Source of the DNA: a virus
Virus record (IMG/VR): IMGVR_UViG_3300037346_000220
Location: 32,001-96,000 of that record
Length of the DNA: 64,000 nt
Strand: one strand, 5' to 3'
Part shown: piece after piece, positions 1-7,215 of the stretch
How the letters are laid out: every line of letters starts with the position of its first letter
Position numbering within the stretch: position 1 is the first letter of the stretch
Made by a program: the position numbers and the translations under genes
Notes under the pieces: generated by a model
Told to the model about the DNA's origin: nothing
What the model saw: the letters and a program-made list of their open reading frames with translations, nothing else
Databases searched by the model: none

Positions 1-188
1 ACATTTATTATTTCAACGTTGATAGCGCCTAGCAAGCTAAAAGAATTACCAAGGCCCATAGCCATTATGTCTTCCGCTGTATTCTCCCTGACGTAGTCTA
101 TCTGGTCCTCTGGAGTAAGCTCGCTAAGAACCTCATCCTCATCCACAAAGTATTCAAAAACAATACTAGCTCTTATAACCTTACTCAT
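1..188 (-). CDS. hypothetical acidic early protein, runs off left edge (MSKVIRASIVFEYFVDEDEV...)
   Basis: Hand-translated; ATGA overlap with stop of upstream ORF; no stop before position 1. Confidence 0.7.
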   Translation of the reverse strand, partial: MSKVIRASIVFEYFVDEDEVLSELTPEDQIDYVRENTAEDIMAMGLGNSFSLLGAINVEIIN

Positions 189-307
189 AACCCTAGCTCC
201 TCAATAGCCTGAACAGCCATATGAGTATCCATCATACCCTCAAGGCCCAATTCATCTCTAAGATACTCACAGGTATCGTACACCCCTTGCCAGTATTCAA
301 GATTCAT
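185..307 (-). CDS. 40-aa hypothetical (MNLEYWQGVYDTCEYLRDELG...)
   Basis: Hand-translated; overlaps neighbours in a coupled chain; GGAGG upstream. Confidence 0.65.
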   Translation of the reverse strand: MNLEYWQGVYDTCEYLRDELGLEGMMDTHMAVQAIEELGL

Positions 308-392
308 CTTCATCCTCCAGGGTATCGTTATTAGCTATAACTGGCATACTAAAGAAATTAGTCCAGGTAGTGCCCATAGTTACTTCACTCAT
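297..392 (-). CDS. 31-aa hypothetical (MSEVTMGTTWTNFFSMPV...)
   Basis: Hand-translated; ATGAGTGA overlap with upstream stop; GAGG upstream. Confidence 0.55.
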   Translation of the reverse strand: MSEVTMGTTWTNFFSMPVIANNDTLEDEDES

Positions 393-549
393 CTTCATCC
401 TCTTCCAATTCTTTTACAGTAATGTCCTCTACCTGACCAGTATACTTATAGTCCTCATAGTCCCAACCCTGTTTCTCTGCTGCCGCATAGTCCTCAGCCT
501 CTACTTCATAGGTGTAAGATACTTCTACTGTAACTTCATAGTTTGGCAT
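385..549 (-). CDS. 54-aa acidic hypothetical (MPNYEVTVEVSYTYEVEAEDYAAAEKQGW...)
   Basis: Hand-translated; TAATG coupling to upstream ORF; YEV-EA-xx-xA pattern common in small phage proteins. Confidence 0.75.
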   Translation of the reverse strand: MPNYEVTVEVSYTYEVEAEDYAAAEKQGWDYEDYKYTGQVEDITVKELEEDEDE

Positions 550-746
550 TAGTCTTCCCATTCTGATAGGTCTTCGTGTCCCTTTAGTATAGCAACGGCA
601 TACGACATTTTATCGCTGTCGGCTAGGGTGTCAAGAACACCCCACTGGTCTTCGGTTAGCTGGTCATAAGAAAAGGTAAGCAGCATGCCACTACCGTAGT
701 TGCCATCTTCTGAAACGTATGATTCTGGTCTGAGTGCATAGGTCAT
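549..746 (-). CDS. 65-aa hypothetical early protein (MTYALRPE...)
   Basis: ORF track; start moved to ATG 746, which lies downstream of promoter 776-797. Confidence 0.75.
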   Translation of the reverse strand: MTYALRPESYVSEDGNYGSGMLLTFSYDQLTEDQWGVLDTLADSDKMSYAVAILKGHEDLSEWED

Positions 747-775
747 TGGGGGGTCTCTCTTTCTTTGATAAATCA

Positions 776-797
776 ATACTACCATAGGGGTCAGACA
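776..797 (-). promoter_or_regulatory. PafBC/RecA-NDp-like promoter 1
   Basis: TGTCTG-ACCCCTATGG-TAGTAT; TTGCAT -35 also present (18-nt spacer). Confidence 0.8.
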
Positions 798-933
798 TTA
801 TGCAAGCTACTTTTGGGAGTTTTTTCTAGCTATCTTAATAGGTTATTTATGTTAGTAGATATATTTTAGAATGTCCTGGCGATCGACCACACTCTACCCC
901 CAGTGTCAAACTGAGGGCAGGCGTGTCGTGAAA

Positions 934-1929
934 TTAGGCGTTTGCCAAAACCAACTGAAGCAAACGGTTTTTCTCTGCATTTATCATTGGGTCAAAGCCA
1001 GAAGCGGAAGCCAAGATAGACTCATTGGAACCACCACGAGCTGTGCGATACCAATCCAAACGTTCTGTCATAGCATTGAAAGCACCCCAAGCGGTTCCTG
1101 AAATAGTGTTGTTATAGTCACCCACATAAATCGCTTGGATAAGGTCAACCTTATTTCCATACTTCTTGAATGAACCCTTCTTGTCCTCGCCAACTGGGGC
1201 AGGGTATGCTAGAGCAACAATCTTGTCAAACTTATCCTTAGAGATAGTCTGCTCAATCATCTGCTTAGCCATGATGTCAAATTCATCCATGTATTTGTTA
1301 GCTAGGCCAAGAGCTTCTCTGGCTTGCTGAACCTTGCCAGAAGCGGTTGCTGTATGCCTAATCTTGAAGGACTGCTTAGCCTTACCCTTTAGGGCAACGT
1401 TCAAGGTGTTAGAGCATACAACACGAACTGGAGTAATAGAAGCTTGGATGGCAACTGAACCATCGTGGCTAGTGTTGATTAGTAAATACGTGTTGACTTT
1501 ATCGCCTACACCATTAGGGTCTAACACTGTCTGACGCTCCAAGGCTAGAGAACCGAATACTTGACGGCCACCTTTGATAGAGCCAGCTGTCTCCCAACGT
1601 CCTCCACCATCCAACATTAGGTCTCCAAAGTCAAACAAATCTTCGTTCTGCAATGGAACATAACGCTCACCAACAACGCCTAGAACATCGTTCTGCTCTT
1701 TGTCAAAAGGGTTGGTGCGTGTAACAAAAGAAAAGCTCTTGTCACTTGCAAAGCCTTCAGGAATTGCAACATCTTCTAGACGGACGTTCCAATCTGAAAG
1801 GTGTGCTAGGTCTAGCATTTCCTTAGTTGTAACTTCCTCATCAAATACGGTTCCCAATCCATGCCATGCAGGCTGACGTAGGGATGCGAATGCGGTCTGG
1901 CCATTTACTGTTTCAATTTCGTGCGACAT
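934..1929 (-). CDS. DUF932 / phage-plasmid TIGR03299-like protein
   Basis: MSHEIE..., PAWHGLG, ETAGSIKGGRQVF, NTSHDGS, TPVRVVCSNTL motifs typical of the family. Confidence 0.85.
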   Translation of the reverse strand: MSHEIETVNGQTAFASLRQPAWHGLGTVFDEEVTTKEMLDLAHLSDWNVRLEDVAIPEGFASDKSFSFVTRTNPFDKEQNDVLGVVGERYVPLQNEDLFDFGDLMLDGGGRWETAGSIKGGRQVFGSLALERQTVLDPNGVGDKVNTYLLINTSHDGSVAIQASITPVRVVCSNTLNVALKGKAKQSFKIRHTATASGKVQQAREALGLANKYMDEFDIMAKQMIEQTISKDKFDKIVALAYPAPVGEDKKGSFKKYGNKVDLIQAIYVGDYNNTISGTAWGAFNAMTERLDWYRTARGGSNESILASASGFDPMINAEKNRLLQLVLANA

Positions 1930-1960
1930 AAGGGGTCTTCTCTCTTTGTTTGATAGTACA

Positions 1961-1982
1961 ACTATACACTAGGGGGCTGACA
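1961..1982 (-). promoter_or_regulatory. PafBC/RecA-NDp-like promoter 2
   Basis: TGTCAG-CCCCCTAGTG-TATAGT; TTGATA -35 with 17-nt spacer. Confidence 0.8.
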
Positions 1983-2092
1983 TTATCAAGGTCTTAATGC
2001 ACCTTCTTAAAGGGTTTTATGTAACAGTTAGATAACGAAACGCTCGAGCACAGCGAACCCCCAGGTGTCAACCCAGGGGATCAGCGTGTTGG

Positions 2093-2596
2093 CTATGCTT
2101 TTTCTAAAGTGAACGCCCAAACATAGTCATCGTTGGTTAGTCCTGCCTGTATCTCATCAAAGGTGAGAACGAGGGTAATTCCTTCATAGGTAGAAACAAA
2201 GGTTCTGTTATCTAAATTGAGGGTATAGATACCTTCACACATTAGCTCATCAAACTCAAACTCTAGGTCTAGAACAATAGGCAACATTCCATCACTAGTA
2301 GCAATCACTTCTAGAATGTCTGCGCAAGTGTTTCTTGACATAGTAGGCCAGAGCTTTTCAAACTCTTTATTGTCAAGATTTGCTTTCTCAATCCTAGCAA
2401 TTTCTAACTCCCAGACTGTATCACTCATTGTGTATAGGTTGTCAATGTTATGGGTTAGTAGTTCAATCATCTCAGGGTTACGGATAAAGTTTAGAACGGT
2501 AACGCCCGATCCAGCAGGGTAGCCATCCCATTGTCCATACTGAGAAACTACTGTGTTGCCATCTTTGATTACCTTAGTTATGTTGCGTGTTCCCAT
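2093..2596 (-). CDS. conserved phage hypothetical (MGTR...YxQWDGYP motif)
   Basis: ORF track; recurrent phage N-terminal motif; own promoter upstream. Confidence 0.75.
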   Translation of the reverse strand: MGTRNITKVIKDGNTVVSQYGQWDGYPAGSGVTVLNFIRNPEMIELLTHNIDNLYTMSDTVWELEIARIEKANLDNKEFEKLWPTMSRNTCADILEVIATSDGMLPIVLDLEFEFDELMCEGIYTLNLDNRTFVSTYEGITLVLTFDEIQAGLTNDDYVWAFTLEKA

Positions 2597-2627
2597 TTGG
2601 GATACCTACTTCCTTGGTTATACATAC

Positions 2628-2649
2628 AGACTAGCATTGGGGTCAGACA
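2628..2649 (-). promoter_or_regulatory. PafBC/RecA-NDp-like promoter 3
   Basis: TGTCTG-ACCCCAATGC-TAGTCT; no canonical -35. Confidence 0.8.
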
Positions 2650-2709
2650 CTTTAGGGTGAGCAGTTTACCTAGACTTGCTCAGGTCATTCTCCCTAAACC
2701 TTTGCAGAT

Positions 2710-3156
2710 TTATAGGAACTCTATCAACGCCCCATAGGTTGAGCCAGATACTTCCTCTTGGGTGGTCATACGCAATACCTTGAGGTTTTTCTCTAGCATC
2801 TCTTTTGGAGAGTAGTGGTCACGACCATACCAAGTTCTGCGGTTAGGCTCTTGTGGCTGTTGTGGCATCTCAGGCAATCCAGCTACCGCACTTGGCTTGA
2901 ACTCAATCTGAATACGATTATCTCCATAGGTAACAACACGAATTGGAGCGTCATACTCATAGCTAATGGTATCTTTATTCAACATAACTTTGCTAATTGC
3001 AACAGCTAGGTCTATGCGATACTGCTCTTTGTCCACCTCATACTTTGCCAAGTCATCTGCATAGCTTTCAACTGATGCGTCAATGCTTGCAATCTTTGCT
3101 TCAATTTCTGCGATTAGGAGAGCTGTTGGAATCTTTACGGAAATACTTCTAGCCAT
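2710..3156 (-). CDS. hypothetical coiled-coil early protein
   Basis: ORF track; promoter 4 upstream. Confidence 0.75.
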   Translation of the reverse strand: MARSISVKIPTALLIAEIEAKIASIDASVESYADDLAKYEVDKEQYRIDLAVAISKVMLNKDTISYEYDAPIRVVTYGDNRIQIEFKPSAVAGLPEMPQQPQEPNRRTWYGRDHYSPKEMLEKNLKVLRMTTQEEVSGSTYGALIEFL

Positions 3157-3200
3157 TATAGGGGGTCTGCTTTCATTAGGGGTTATTTGTTTACTTAGTA

Positions 3201-3222
3201 ATTATACAATAGGGGTAGGACA
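3201..3222 (-). promoter_or_regulatory. PafBC/RecA-NDp-like promoter 4
   Basis: TGTCCT-ACCCCTATTG-TATAAT. Confidence 0.75.
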
Positions 3223-3223
3223 T

Positions 3224-3268
3224 TTTAGGGGGAATAGTGAAAGGATTAGAAACTCTACTCCCCCTAAA
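3224..3268 (-). ncRNA. RNA hairpin A with conserved 17-nt loop AGUUUCUAAUCCUUUCA
   Basis: 14-bp stem (one G-U on minus strand); same loop as 5597-5637. Confidence 0.55.
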
Positions 3269-3275
3269 GACTATA

Positions 3276-3428
3276 CTACTTTACAGTAGTCCAGCGAGGC
3301 TGTCCAGATACATCTAGACGAACACGACTTGTGCCGTTCTTGTTCTGAATAACTTCCTGAATTACTCCAGTAACGCCTGACTTAGCTGTGGTGAACTGTG
3401 AGCCAACAGTTAGAGTTGCATTTGACAT
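3276..3428 (-). CDS. 50-aa small beta-rich (KOW/SH3-like) protein (MSNATLTVGSQFTTAKSG...)
   Basis: Internal ATG of track ORF 3276..3578; lies downstream of promoter 3495-3523. Confidence 0.75.
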   Translation of the reverse strand: MSNATLTVGSQFTTAKSGVTGVIQEVIQNKNGTSRVRLDVSGQPRWTTVK

Positions 3429-3494
3429 AATTGCTTCCGTTCTCGCCCCAGAGGGACTATCTTGATTAGTTACCAACGACTTGTTGATAGCTCT

Positions 3495-3523
3495 ATTGTA
3501 GCTGAAATTAGAGTGAAAGTCAA
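3495..3523 (-). promoter_or_regulatory. SigA-type promoter
   Basis: TTGACT-17-TACAAT; RTAAC pair at 3533/3544 just upstream; second promoter TTGCAA-17-TATAGT at 3587-3615. Confidence 0.7.
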
Positions 3524-3697
3524 GCCTATTTGGTAACAAAATGATAACAACTTCTAGGCTTTGTCTTCTCTTTTCCAACTACTATAACTATACCTGAGTG
3601 GGATAGGAATTGCAACTCTTAAACCTACAAAGATTTACGAGATTTTTTGTAGGTATCTTAATTGACTTTATAGGATCTGTGCGCTCGGCCACAGAAG

Positions 3698-3726
3698 AAA
3701 AAAACAGCCAGTTTCTCGTCATGGCC
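3698..3726 (-). terminator. probable intrinsic terminator
   Basis: GGCCA-11nt-TGGCT then G and a T run, downstream of stop at 3742. Confidence 0.5.
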
Positions 3727-3741
3727 AGGACGTCAGTACCC

Positions 3742-3888
3742 CTACTGAAGCTTAGTGTTTTCTATTCTCATGAAGTCTAGTTGACGTTGCATATCAACGA
3801 TGCTTTCCTCTAGGCTAACTATCTTATTGCGCATGCTTAGCAATGCTGGGTGTTGACTCTCTGTCCTAATTGGAGTTACCTTATTCAT
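3742..3888 (-). CDS. 48-aa coiled-coil peptide (MNKVTPIRTESQHPALLSMRNKIVSLEESI...)
   Basis: Hand-translated; ATGAATAA overlap with upstream stop; AGAGG RBS. Confidence 0.65.
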   Translation of the reverse strand: MNKVTPIRTESQHPALLSMRNKIVSLEESIVDMQRQLDFMRIENTKLQ

Positions 3889-4405
3889 GTGAACCTCTCT
3901 TTACTATCCAGATAATTGCTTGGGTTGTTCTAGGTGTTAGGCCATGGATTTTGGCAACTGCCTTTACTGCTTGGCTAAGTGCATGATAGTCACTTTGGCT
4001 AGGTGAGGACTTGGCGTGGTCAACGGCTTTCATCATCCAGACGTCTATCACAACTTGCTCTTGGTCACCTGCAATAGCCTTGGCGAATGCATTAGTCTTT
4101 AGGCCTTTTAGGGCACTAAACCCGTCAGTGAGTGATTTCTCTGCCATACGGATGTTATTCTTTAGGCAGCGGACTTCTTGCCCTAGTGAGAATGCTATGG
4201 CCCTAGCGATGTTCATGGTCCAACGCTCACGAGGTGAGAATGAACTTACAACACTGGCCCCTATCTCTAAGGTGGTCCCTAAGTTTATTGCCACTTTTTC
4301 AGCAATGCGCTCAGCGTCCATATACCAAATTGCTGCCTGCTCAACTTGGCCTAGGGTTGCTTGGGATACAAGCTTGGAGTATTTCTCAATGTAAGTTTCT
4401 AGCAT
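3881..4405 (-). CDS. conserved phage protein with HhH-glycosylase-like motifs
   Basis: WY..A, SPRERW..N, GLKTNAF..AI.GD..VVIDVWM, QAIIW motifs. Confidence 0.6.
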   Translation of the reverse strand: MLETYIEKYSKLVSQATLGQVEQAAIWYMDAERIAEKVAINLGTTLEIGASVVSSFSPRERWTMNIARAIAFSLGQEVRCLKNNIRMAEKSLTDGFSALKGLKTNAFAKAIAGDQEQVVIDVWMMKAVDHAKSSPSQSDYHALSQAVKAVAKIHGLTPRTTQAIIWIVKRGSHE

Positions 4406-4440
4406 TTGGGGTAAGTCTCTCTGTAGGGGTTATAGATTAT

Positions 4441-4469
4441 AGCTTAGCATGTTCTCAGCTGTTTGTCAA
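4441..4469 (-). promoter_or_regulatory. SigA-type promoter
   Basis: TTGACA-17-TAAGCT with TG extension. Confidence 0.75.
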
Positions 4470-4735
4470 CTATCTTCCGAACACCATGCGCCTAAGTAGT
4501 ATGAACTAATAACATTCCTGGCAGACACCTCGGTATTGCCCCTAAAGCTTACACCTTGCGGCAACGGTATTAGTTTATCTAATTCATCTTCCCAATAAGC
4601 GTCAATAGCTGTTATTGCCGTAGGTATCATCTGACGTGGAATTGGAGGATAGCAATTGCTACTAAAGTGGATAGCTATCTGATTCTCTAGGCTCATGCCT
4701 TGCTCTTGCAATTCTATCGCTGTCATCATTCCCAT
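4466..4735 (-). CDS. hypothetical (H..SNCYPP motif)
   Basis: ORF track; TAATG coupling. Confidence 0.75.
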   Translation of the reverse strand: MGMMTAIELQEQGMSLENQIAIHFSSNCYPPIPRQMIPTAITAIDAYWEDELDKLIPLPQGVSFRGNTEVSARNVISSYYLGAWCSEDS

Positions 4736-4929
4736 TATTTTACCTCCACGTATTCCATAGCAACCCTCAAAAGGTTGTCGTAGTCTCCCGACATACTGGC
4801 AGAAAGATACTCGCTAATTTCTGAAGCGGTTGCTCCAGACTTTTTTAGTGCAGACTTTACCGCTCCCATTACCGCAAAAGCGTTTCCATCACGACCTGTT
4901 AGTTGAACTACTACATCGTATTTTGCCAT
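4735..4929 (-). CDS. conserved small phage protein (L.G.DGNAF.VMG...GDYD.LL)
   Basis: Motif recurrent in actinophages; GAAAGGA RBS. Confidence 0.8.
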   Translation of the reverse strand: MAKYDVVVQLTGRDGNAFAVMGAVKSALKKSGATASEISEYLSASMSGDYDNLLRVAMEYVEVK

Positions 4930-4954
4930 TTTGTATCCTTTCGGTTATAAAATA

Positions 4955-4976
4955 ATCATACATCAGGGGTCAGACA
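4955..4976 (-). promoter_or_regulatory. PafBC/RecA-NDp-like promoter 5
   Basis: TGTCTG-ACCCCTGATG-TATGAT. Confidence 0.8.
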
Positions 4977-4982
4977 TTTTAC

Positions 4983-5129
4983 CTAGAACTCTAGGTCATA
5001 TTTCAAGAGCACCCTATCAAAAGCATCATCAAGTTTCTGAAGATCCGCCATCAAAGCATCACGCTGTTCTCGATCCATTTCTTTCACTTCACTCATTGGA
5101 AGTGACATTTCCCAAAATTCTTTTCTCAT
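4983..5129 (-). CDS. 48-aa hypothetical (MRKEFWEMSLPMSEVKEMDREQRDALMADL...)
   Basis: Hand-translated; ATGA overlap; AGGAG RBS. Confidence 0.65.
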   Translation of the reverse strand: MRKEFWEMSLPMSEVKEMDREQRDALMADLQKLDDAFDRVLLKYDLEF

Positions 5130-5326
5130 TTTATCTCCTCTAGGGTAAAGTCATACTCATCGCCACCTGCGAGAGCGTGTTCAAACTCATTTTGATTACT
5201 AAAATAAAAGAAGATACCGTCATCATCCTCACCCTCAGTCCACTCGGCATCAATAGCGACGGTAGCTAGGAAACCCTCTCCTGGAGTATCTTTCCATTCA
5301 ACCAATACCCTCTTGTATTCAGTCAT
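5126..5326 (-). CDS. 66-aa acidic hypothetical (MTEYKRVLVEWKD...)
   Basis: Internal ATG of track ORF; AGGAG RBS; overlap with upstream stop. Confidence 0.7.
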   Translation of the reverse strand: MTEYKRVLVEWKDTPGEGFLATVAIDAEWTEGEDDDGIFFYFSNQNEFEHALAGGDEYDFTLEEIK

Positions 5327-5486
5327 CACTCCTGCTTTCTTTGATAGCTTTATAGTTGTTAGACTGCCTTGAACCCTTATACTTATCAACTTGCGCTACT
5401 AGGTGAGGGTTCTTCAGTATGTTGTAAAATAACGCCTGGCTTTCAACCTTGCGCCTTGCCTCGTTGTATCTTCCTAATTTGCTCAT
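5319..5486 (-). CDS. 55-aa basic leaderless protein (MSKLGRYNEARRKVESQALF...)
   Basis: Hand-translated; ATG 6 nt after the -10 of promoter 6. Confidence 0.7.
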   Translation of the reverse strand: MSKLGRYNEARRKVESQALFYNILKNPHLVAQVDKYKGSRQSNNYKAIKESRSDD

Positions 5487-5492
5487 AGTGAA

Positions 5493-5514
5493 ACTATAAC
5501 ACAGGGGTCAGACA
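5493..5514 (-). promoter_or_regulatory. PafBC/RecA-NDp-like promoter 6
   Basis: TGTCTG-ACCCCTGTGT-TATAGT. Confidence 0.8.
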
Positions 5515-5589
5515 TTTTGGGAAGGAATTTTTCCTATCTTAATTAACTCATCTTAATTAGTTGTCTAATCGTTATAAACGCTCGGGCAG

Positions 5590-5637
5590 AAAAAAATAGC
5601 ACCCAAGGTGAAAGGATTAGAAACTCCCTGGGCACTA
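5590..5637 (-). ncRNA. RNA hairpin B / terminator with conserved 17-nt loop
   Basis: 12-bp stem UAGUGCCCAGGG/CCUUGGGUGCUA, loop identical to hairpin A, then U7. Confidence 0.6.
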
Positions 5638-5690
5638 CTTCTTCTGGGTGGCTTGGTTAGATCGTTTCAGGACCTCACCCAATTATTCCC

Positions 5691-5822
5691 CTAATTAGGA
5701 GGAATAAAACTTGAACGCTTAGTTGAGAAATACTTACGCTTAGCATAGCCAAGAGTGACAAGGACTGCCACAGACACTAGGACTAAGTCTACTAGCAAGT
5801 TGAAACCATTGTAAAAAATCAT
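5691..5822 (-). CDS. 43-aa membrane peptide (MIFYNGFNLLVDLVLVSVAVLVTLGYAKRK...)
   Basis: Hand-translated; one TM helix with basic tail; GAAGG RBS. Confidence 0.7.
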   Translation of the reverse strand: MIFYNGFNLLVDLVLVSVAVLVTLGYAKRKYFSTKRSSFIPPN

Positions 5823-5929
5823 TAGTTACCTTCTTTCGTTGTGAATAGTTTATCAGGGGTATCAGACAACATTAGCTCTATCTTGAAGATTAGCTCCTCA
5901 AGGGTTTCTGTGCTTAGGCGCTCAGGCAT
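5822..5929 (-). CDS. 35-aa hypothetical (MPERLSTETLEELIFKIELML...)
   Basis: Hand-translated; coupled at both ends. Confidence 0.5.
   Translation of the reverse strand: MPERLSTETLEELIFKIELMLSDTPDKLFTTKEGN
5847..5868 (-). promoter_or_regulatory. PafBC/RecA-NDp-like promoter 7
   Basis: TGTCTG-ATACCCCTGA-TAAACT (inside the 35-aa ORF). Confidence 0.7.
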
Positions 5930-6080
5930 AACCAAGCTCTCTAAGCTCTACGGGAAAGTCTTCACCTAGATAGTCTACAGCGTCTAACACTAGCATTACT
6001 CCGTCATACTCGTTGCAGCCAGAACACACATAGAACTCTACTGTGTCTAGGCAATACACGCACAATTTCATTTCATTCAT
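5922..6080 (-). CDS. 52-aa Zn-ribbon microprotein (CVYC...CSGC)
   Basis: Hand-translated; GAAAGGA RBS; promoter 8 upstream. Confidence 0.75.
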   Translation of the reverse strand: MNEMKLCVYCLDTVEFYVCSGCNEYDGVMLVLDAVDYLGEDFPVELRELGYA

Positions 6081-6107
6081 TACTTATCCTTTCGTTGTTA
6101 TAAGCTT

Positions 6108-6129
6108 AGCTTAGCACGGGGGTCTGACA
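6108..6129 (-). promoter_or_regulatory. PafBC/RecA-NDp-like promoter 8
   Basis: TGTCAG-ACCCCCGTGC-TAAGCT. Confidence 0.8.
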
Positions 6130-6261
6130 TTATAGACAGCCCACGTTCACAGTAAATTCTTCAACGCTAAAGGCACACTTTGGGCACAGGGCGTTCACTG
6201 TGTCGTCTATTAGCAATACAGCTTCGGTTGCCTTGGCAAACTTACAAAATCCACAGTTCAT
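6130..6261 (-). CDS. 43-aa Zn-ribbon microprotein (CGFC...CPKC)
   Basis: Hand-translated; AAAGGA RBS; promoter 9 upstream. Confidence 0.75.
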   Translation of the reverse strand: MNCGFCKFAKATEAVLLIDDTVNALCPKCAFSVEEFTVNVGCL

Positions 6262-6286
6262 TTATCATCCTTTTCGTTATAGGTTT

Positions 6287-6308
6287 ATCTTAGCACAGGG
6301 GTCTGACA
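6287..6308 (-). promoter_or_regulatory. PafBC/RecA-NDp-like promoter 9
   Basis: TGTCAG-ACCCCTGTGC-TAAGAT. Confidence 0.8.
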
Positions 6309-6310
6309 TT

Positions 6311-6505
6311 TTAGGTTGCTCTGCCAGAAAGAAGATAGTCAATTTCTTCTTCCCTAGCCAAATCGTTGTTATGTTCCCAAAGCTTGTTGTGAACGGATAG
6401 TGTGTGGCTAGTCTTCCACGCCTTAGCGTCAAGATAGTAGGTGGTGCTTAGTTCCTGAGTAAATCCACAGCCGTTGCAGGTGGTCTTGCGATACATTTTT
6501 GTCAT
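6311..6505 (-). CDS. 64-aa probable C2H2-type Zn protein (CNGC...H....H)
   Basis: ORF track; AAAGGA RBS; promoter TTGCTA-17-TAGGTT at 6531-6559. Confidence 0.75.
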   Translation of the reverse strand: MTKMYRKTTCNGCGFTQELSTTYYLDAKAWKTSHTLSVHNKLWEHNNDLAREEEIDYLLSGRAT

Positions 6506-6568
6506 TGATCATCCTTTGCGTTATAGGTATAACCTATCACACATCTGACCCAATAGCAAGTCTATTAG

Positions 6569-6606
6569 GTAACAGTTAGGTAACGTTTATGTAACGTTTA
6601 GGTAAC
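6569..6606. repeat. 4x GTAAC direct repeat at 11-bp period (OmpR-family MtrA/GlnR-like box)
   Basis: GTAAC at 6569, 6580, 6591, 6602, just upstream of the -35 at 6554-6559. Confidence 0.7.
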
Positions 6607-6705
6607 ATCTATTAGTTTTGGGAATAAACTTTTCCCATCTTAATTTGGGAGATCTTAAATACATTCTTAAGCTTATTTGGGGAATAAATCTATAGTGGGC
6701 GCTCG

Positions 6706-6738
6706 AAAAAAAATCGGCAAATGTCAAGCGACACGCCG
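6706..6738 (-). terminator. intrinsic terminator overlapping a CGGCGTGTCG box
   Basis: CGGCG-TGTC-GCTT-GACA-TTT-GCCG then A and T8. Confidence 0.6.
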
Positions 6739-6754
6739 TGGAGAAATAAACTAT

Positions 6755-6865
6755 TTAGTTTATCTCGCCATACGCCTCGTAGCAATTTACGCAAGCGGTT
6801 TCACCTTCAACCTCTACAGTTGGAACGGTGTTTGAACATATTTCGCAAAATTTGAAATCAATCAT
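6755..6865 (-). CDS. 36-aa Zn-ribbon microprotein (CEIC...CVNC)
   Basis: Hand-translated; GAAAGGA RBS. Confidence 0.75.
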   Translation of the reverse strand: MIDFKFCEICSNTVPTVEVEGETACVNCYEAYGEIN

Positions 6866-6911
6866 CTTTTACATCCTTTCTATTTATTTCTTTATCTTTA
6901 TTTATACTAGT

Positions 6912-6952
6912 AGTCTATACCCTACACCCCCAAAAGTCAAGACGACACGCCG
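6912..6952 (-). promoter_or_regulatory. SigA-type promoter with upstream CGGCGTGTCG box
   Basis: CGGCGTGTCG-TC-TTGACT-17-TAGACT. Confidence 0.75.
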
Positions 6953-6989
6953 TGTTTGGCGAAAGTTCTTTATAACAAAACAGTAACGG

Positions 6990-7139
6990 TTATAGGCTAC
7001 CTAGACGGCTGGCAAAGTCTTCGTTCCAGATCCAGTTCCAGGTATAGCCTAGTGATGCAACCCTAATCAATAGGTAGGCGATGTAAGCTGTGCCTGCTAG
7101 GCAAATGGCGTATACGCTAATTCTTTTTGACTTTGTCAT
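6990..7139 (-). CDS. 49-aa membrane peptide (MTKSKRISVYAICLAGTAYIAYLLIRV...)
   Basis: Internal ATG of track ORF; AAAGGA RBS. Confidence 0.7.
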   Translation of the reverse strand: MTKSKRISVYAICLAGTAYIAYLLIRVASLGYTWNWIWNEDFASRLGSL

Positions 7140-7166
7140 TTCTTTATCCTTTGTTTGTATATCTAT

Positions 7167-7207
7167 AGCATAGTGCATAGGTGAGACATTATCAATACGA
7201 CACGCCG
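7167..7207 (-). promoter_or_regulatory. composite promoter 10 (GACAC box, -35 and PafBC-like element)
   Basis: CGGCGTGTCG-TA-TTGATA-A-TGTCTC-ACCTATGCAC-TATGCT. Confidence 0.7.
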
Positions 7208-7215
7208 AAGAATAG

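Noticed and set aside
3700-3745. Hammerhead ribozyme (CTGACG...GAGAAAC); similar look at 5646-5680
   Set aside because: Core CUGANGA/GAAA spacing and three stems are not satisfied; better explained as terminator-type hairpins
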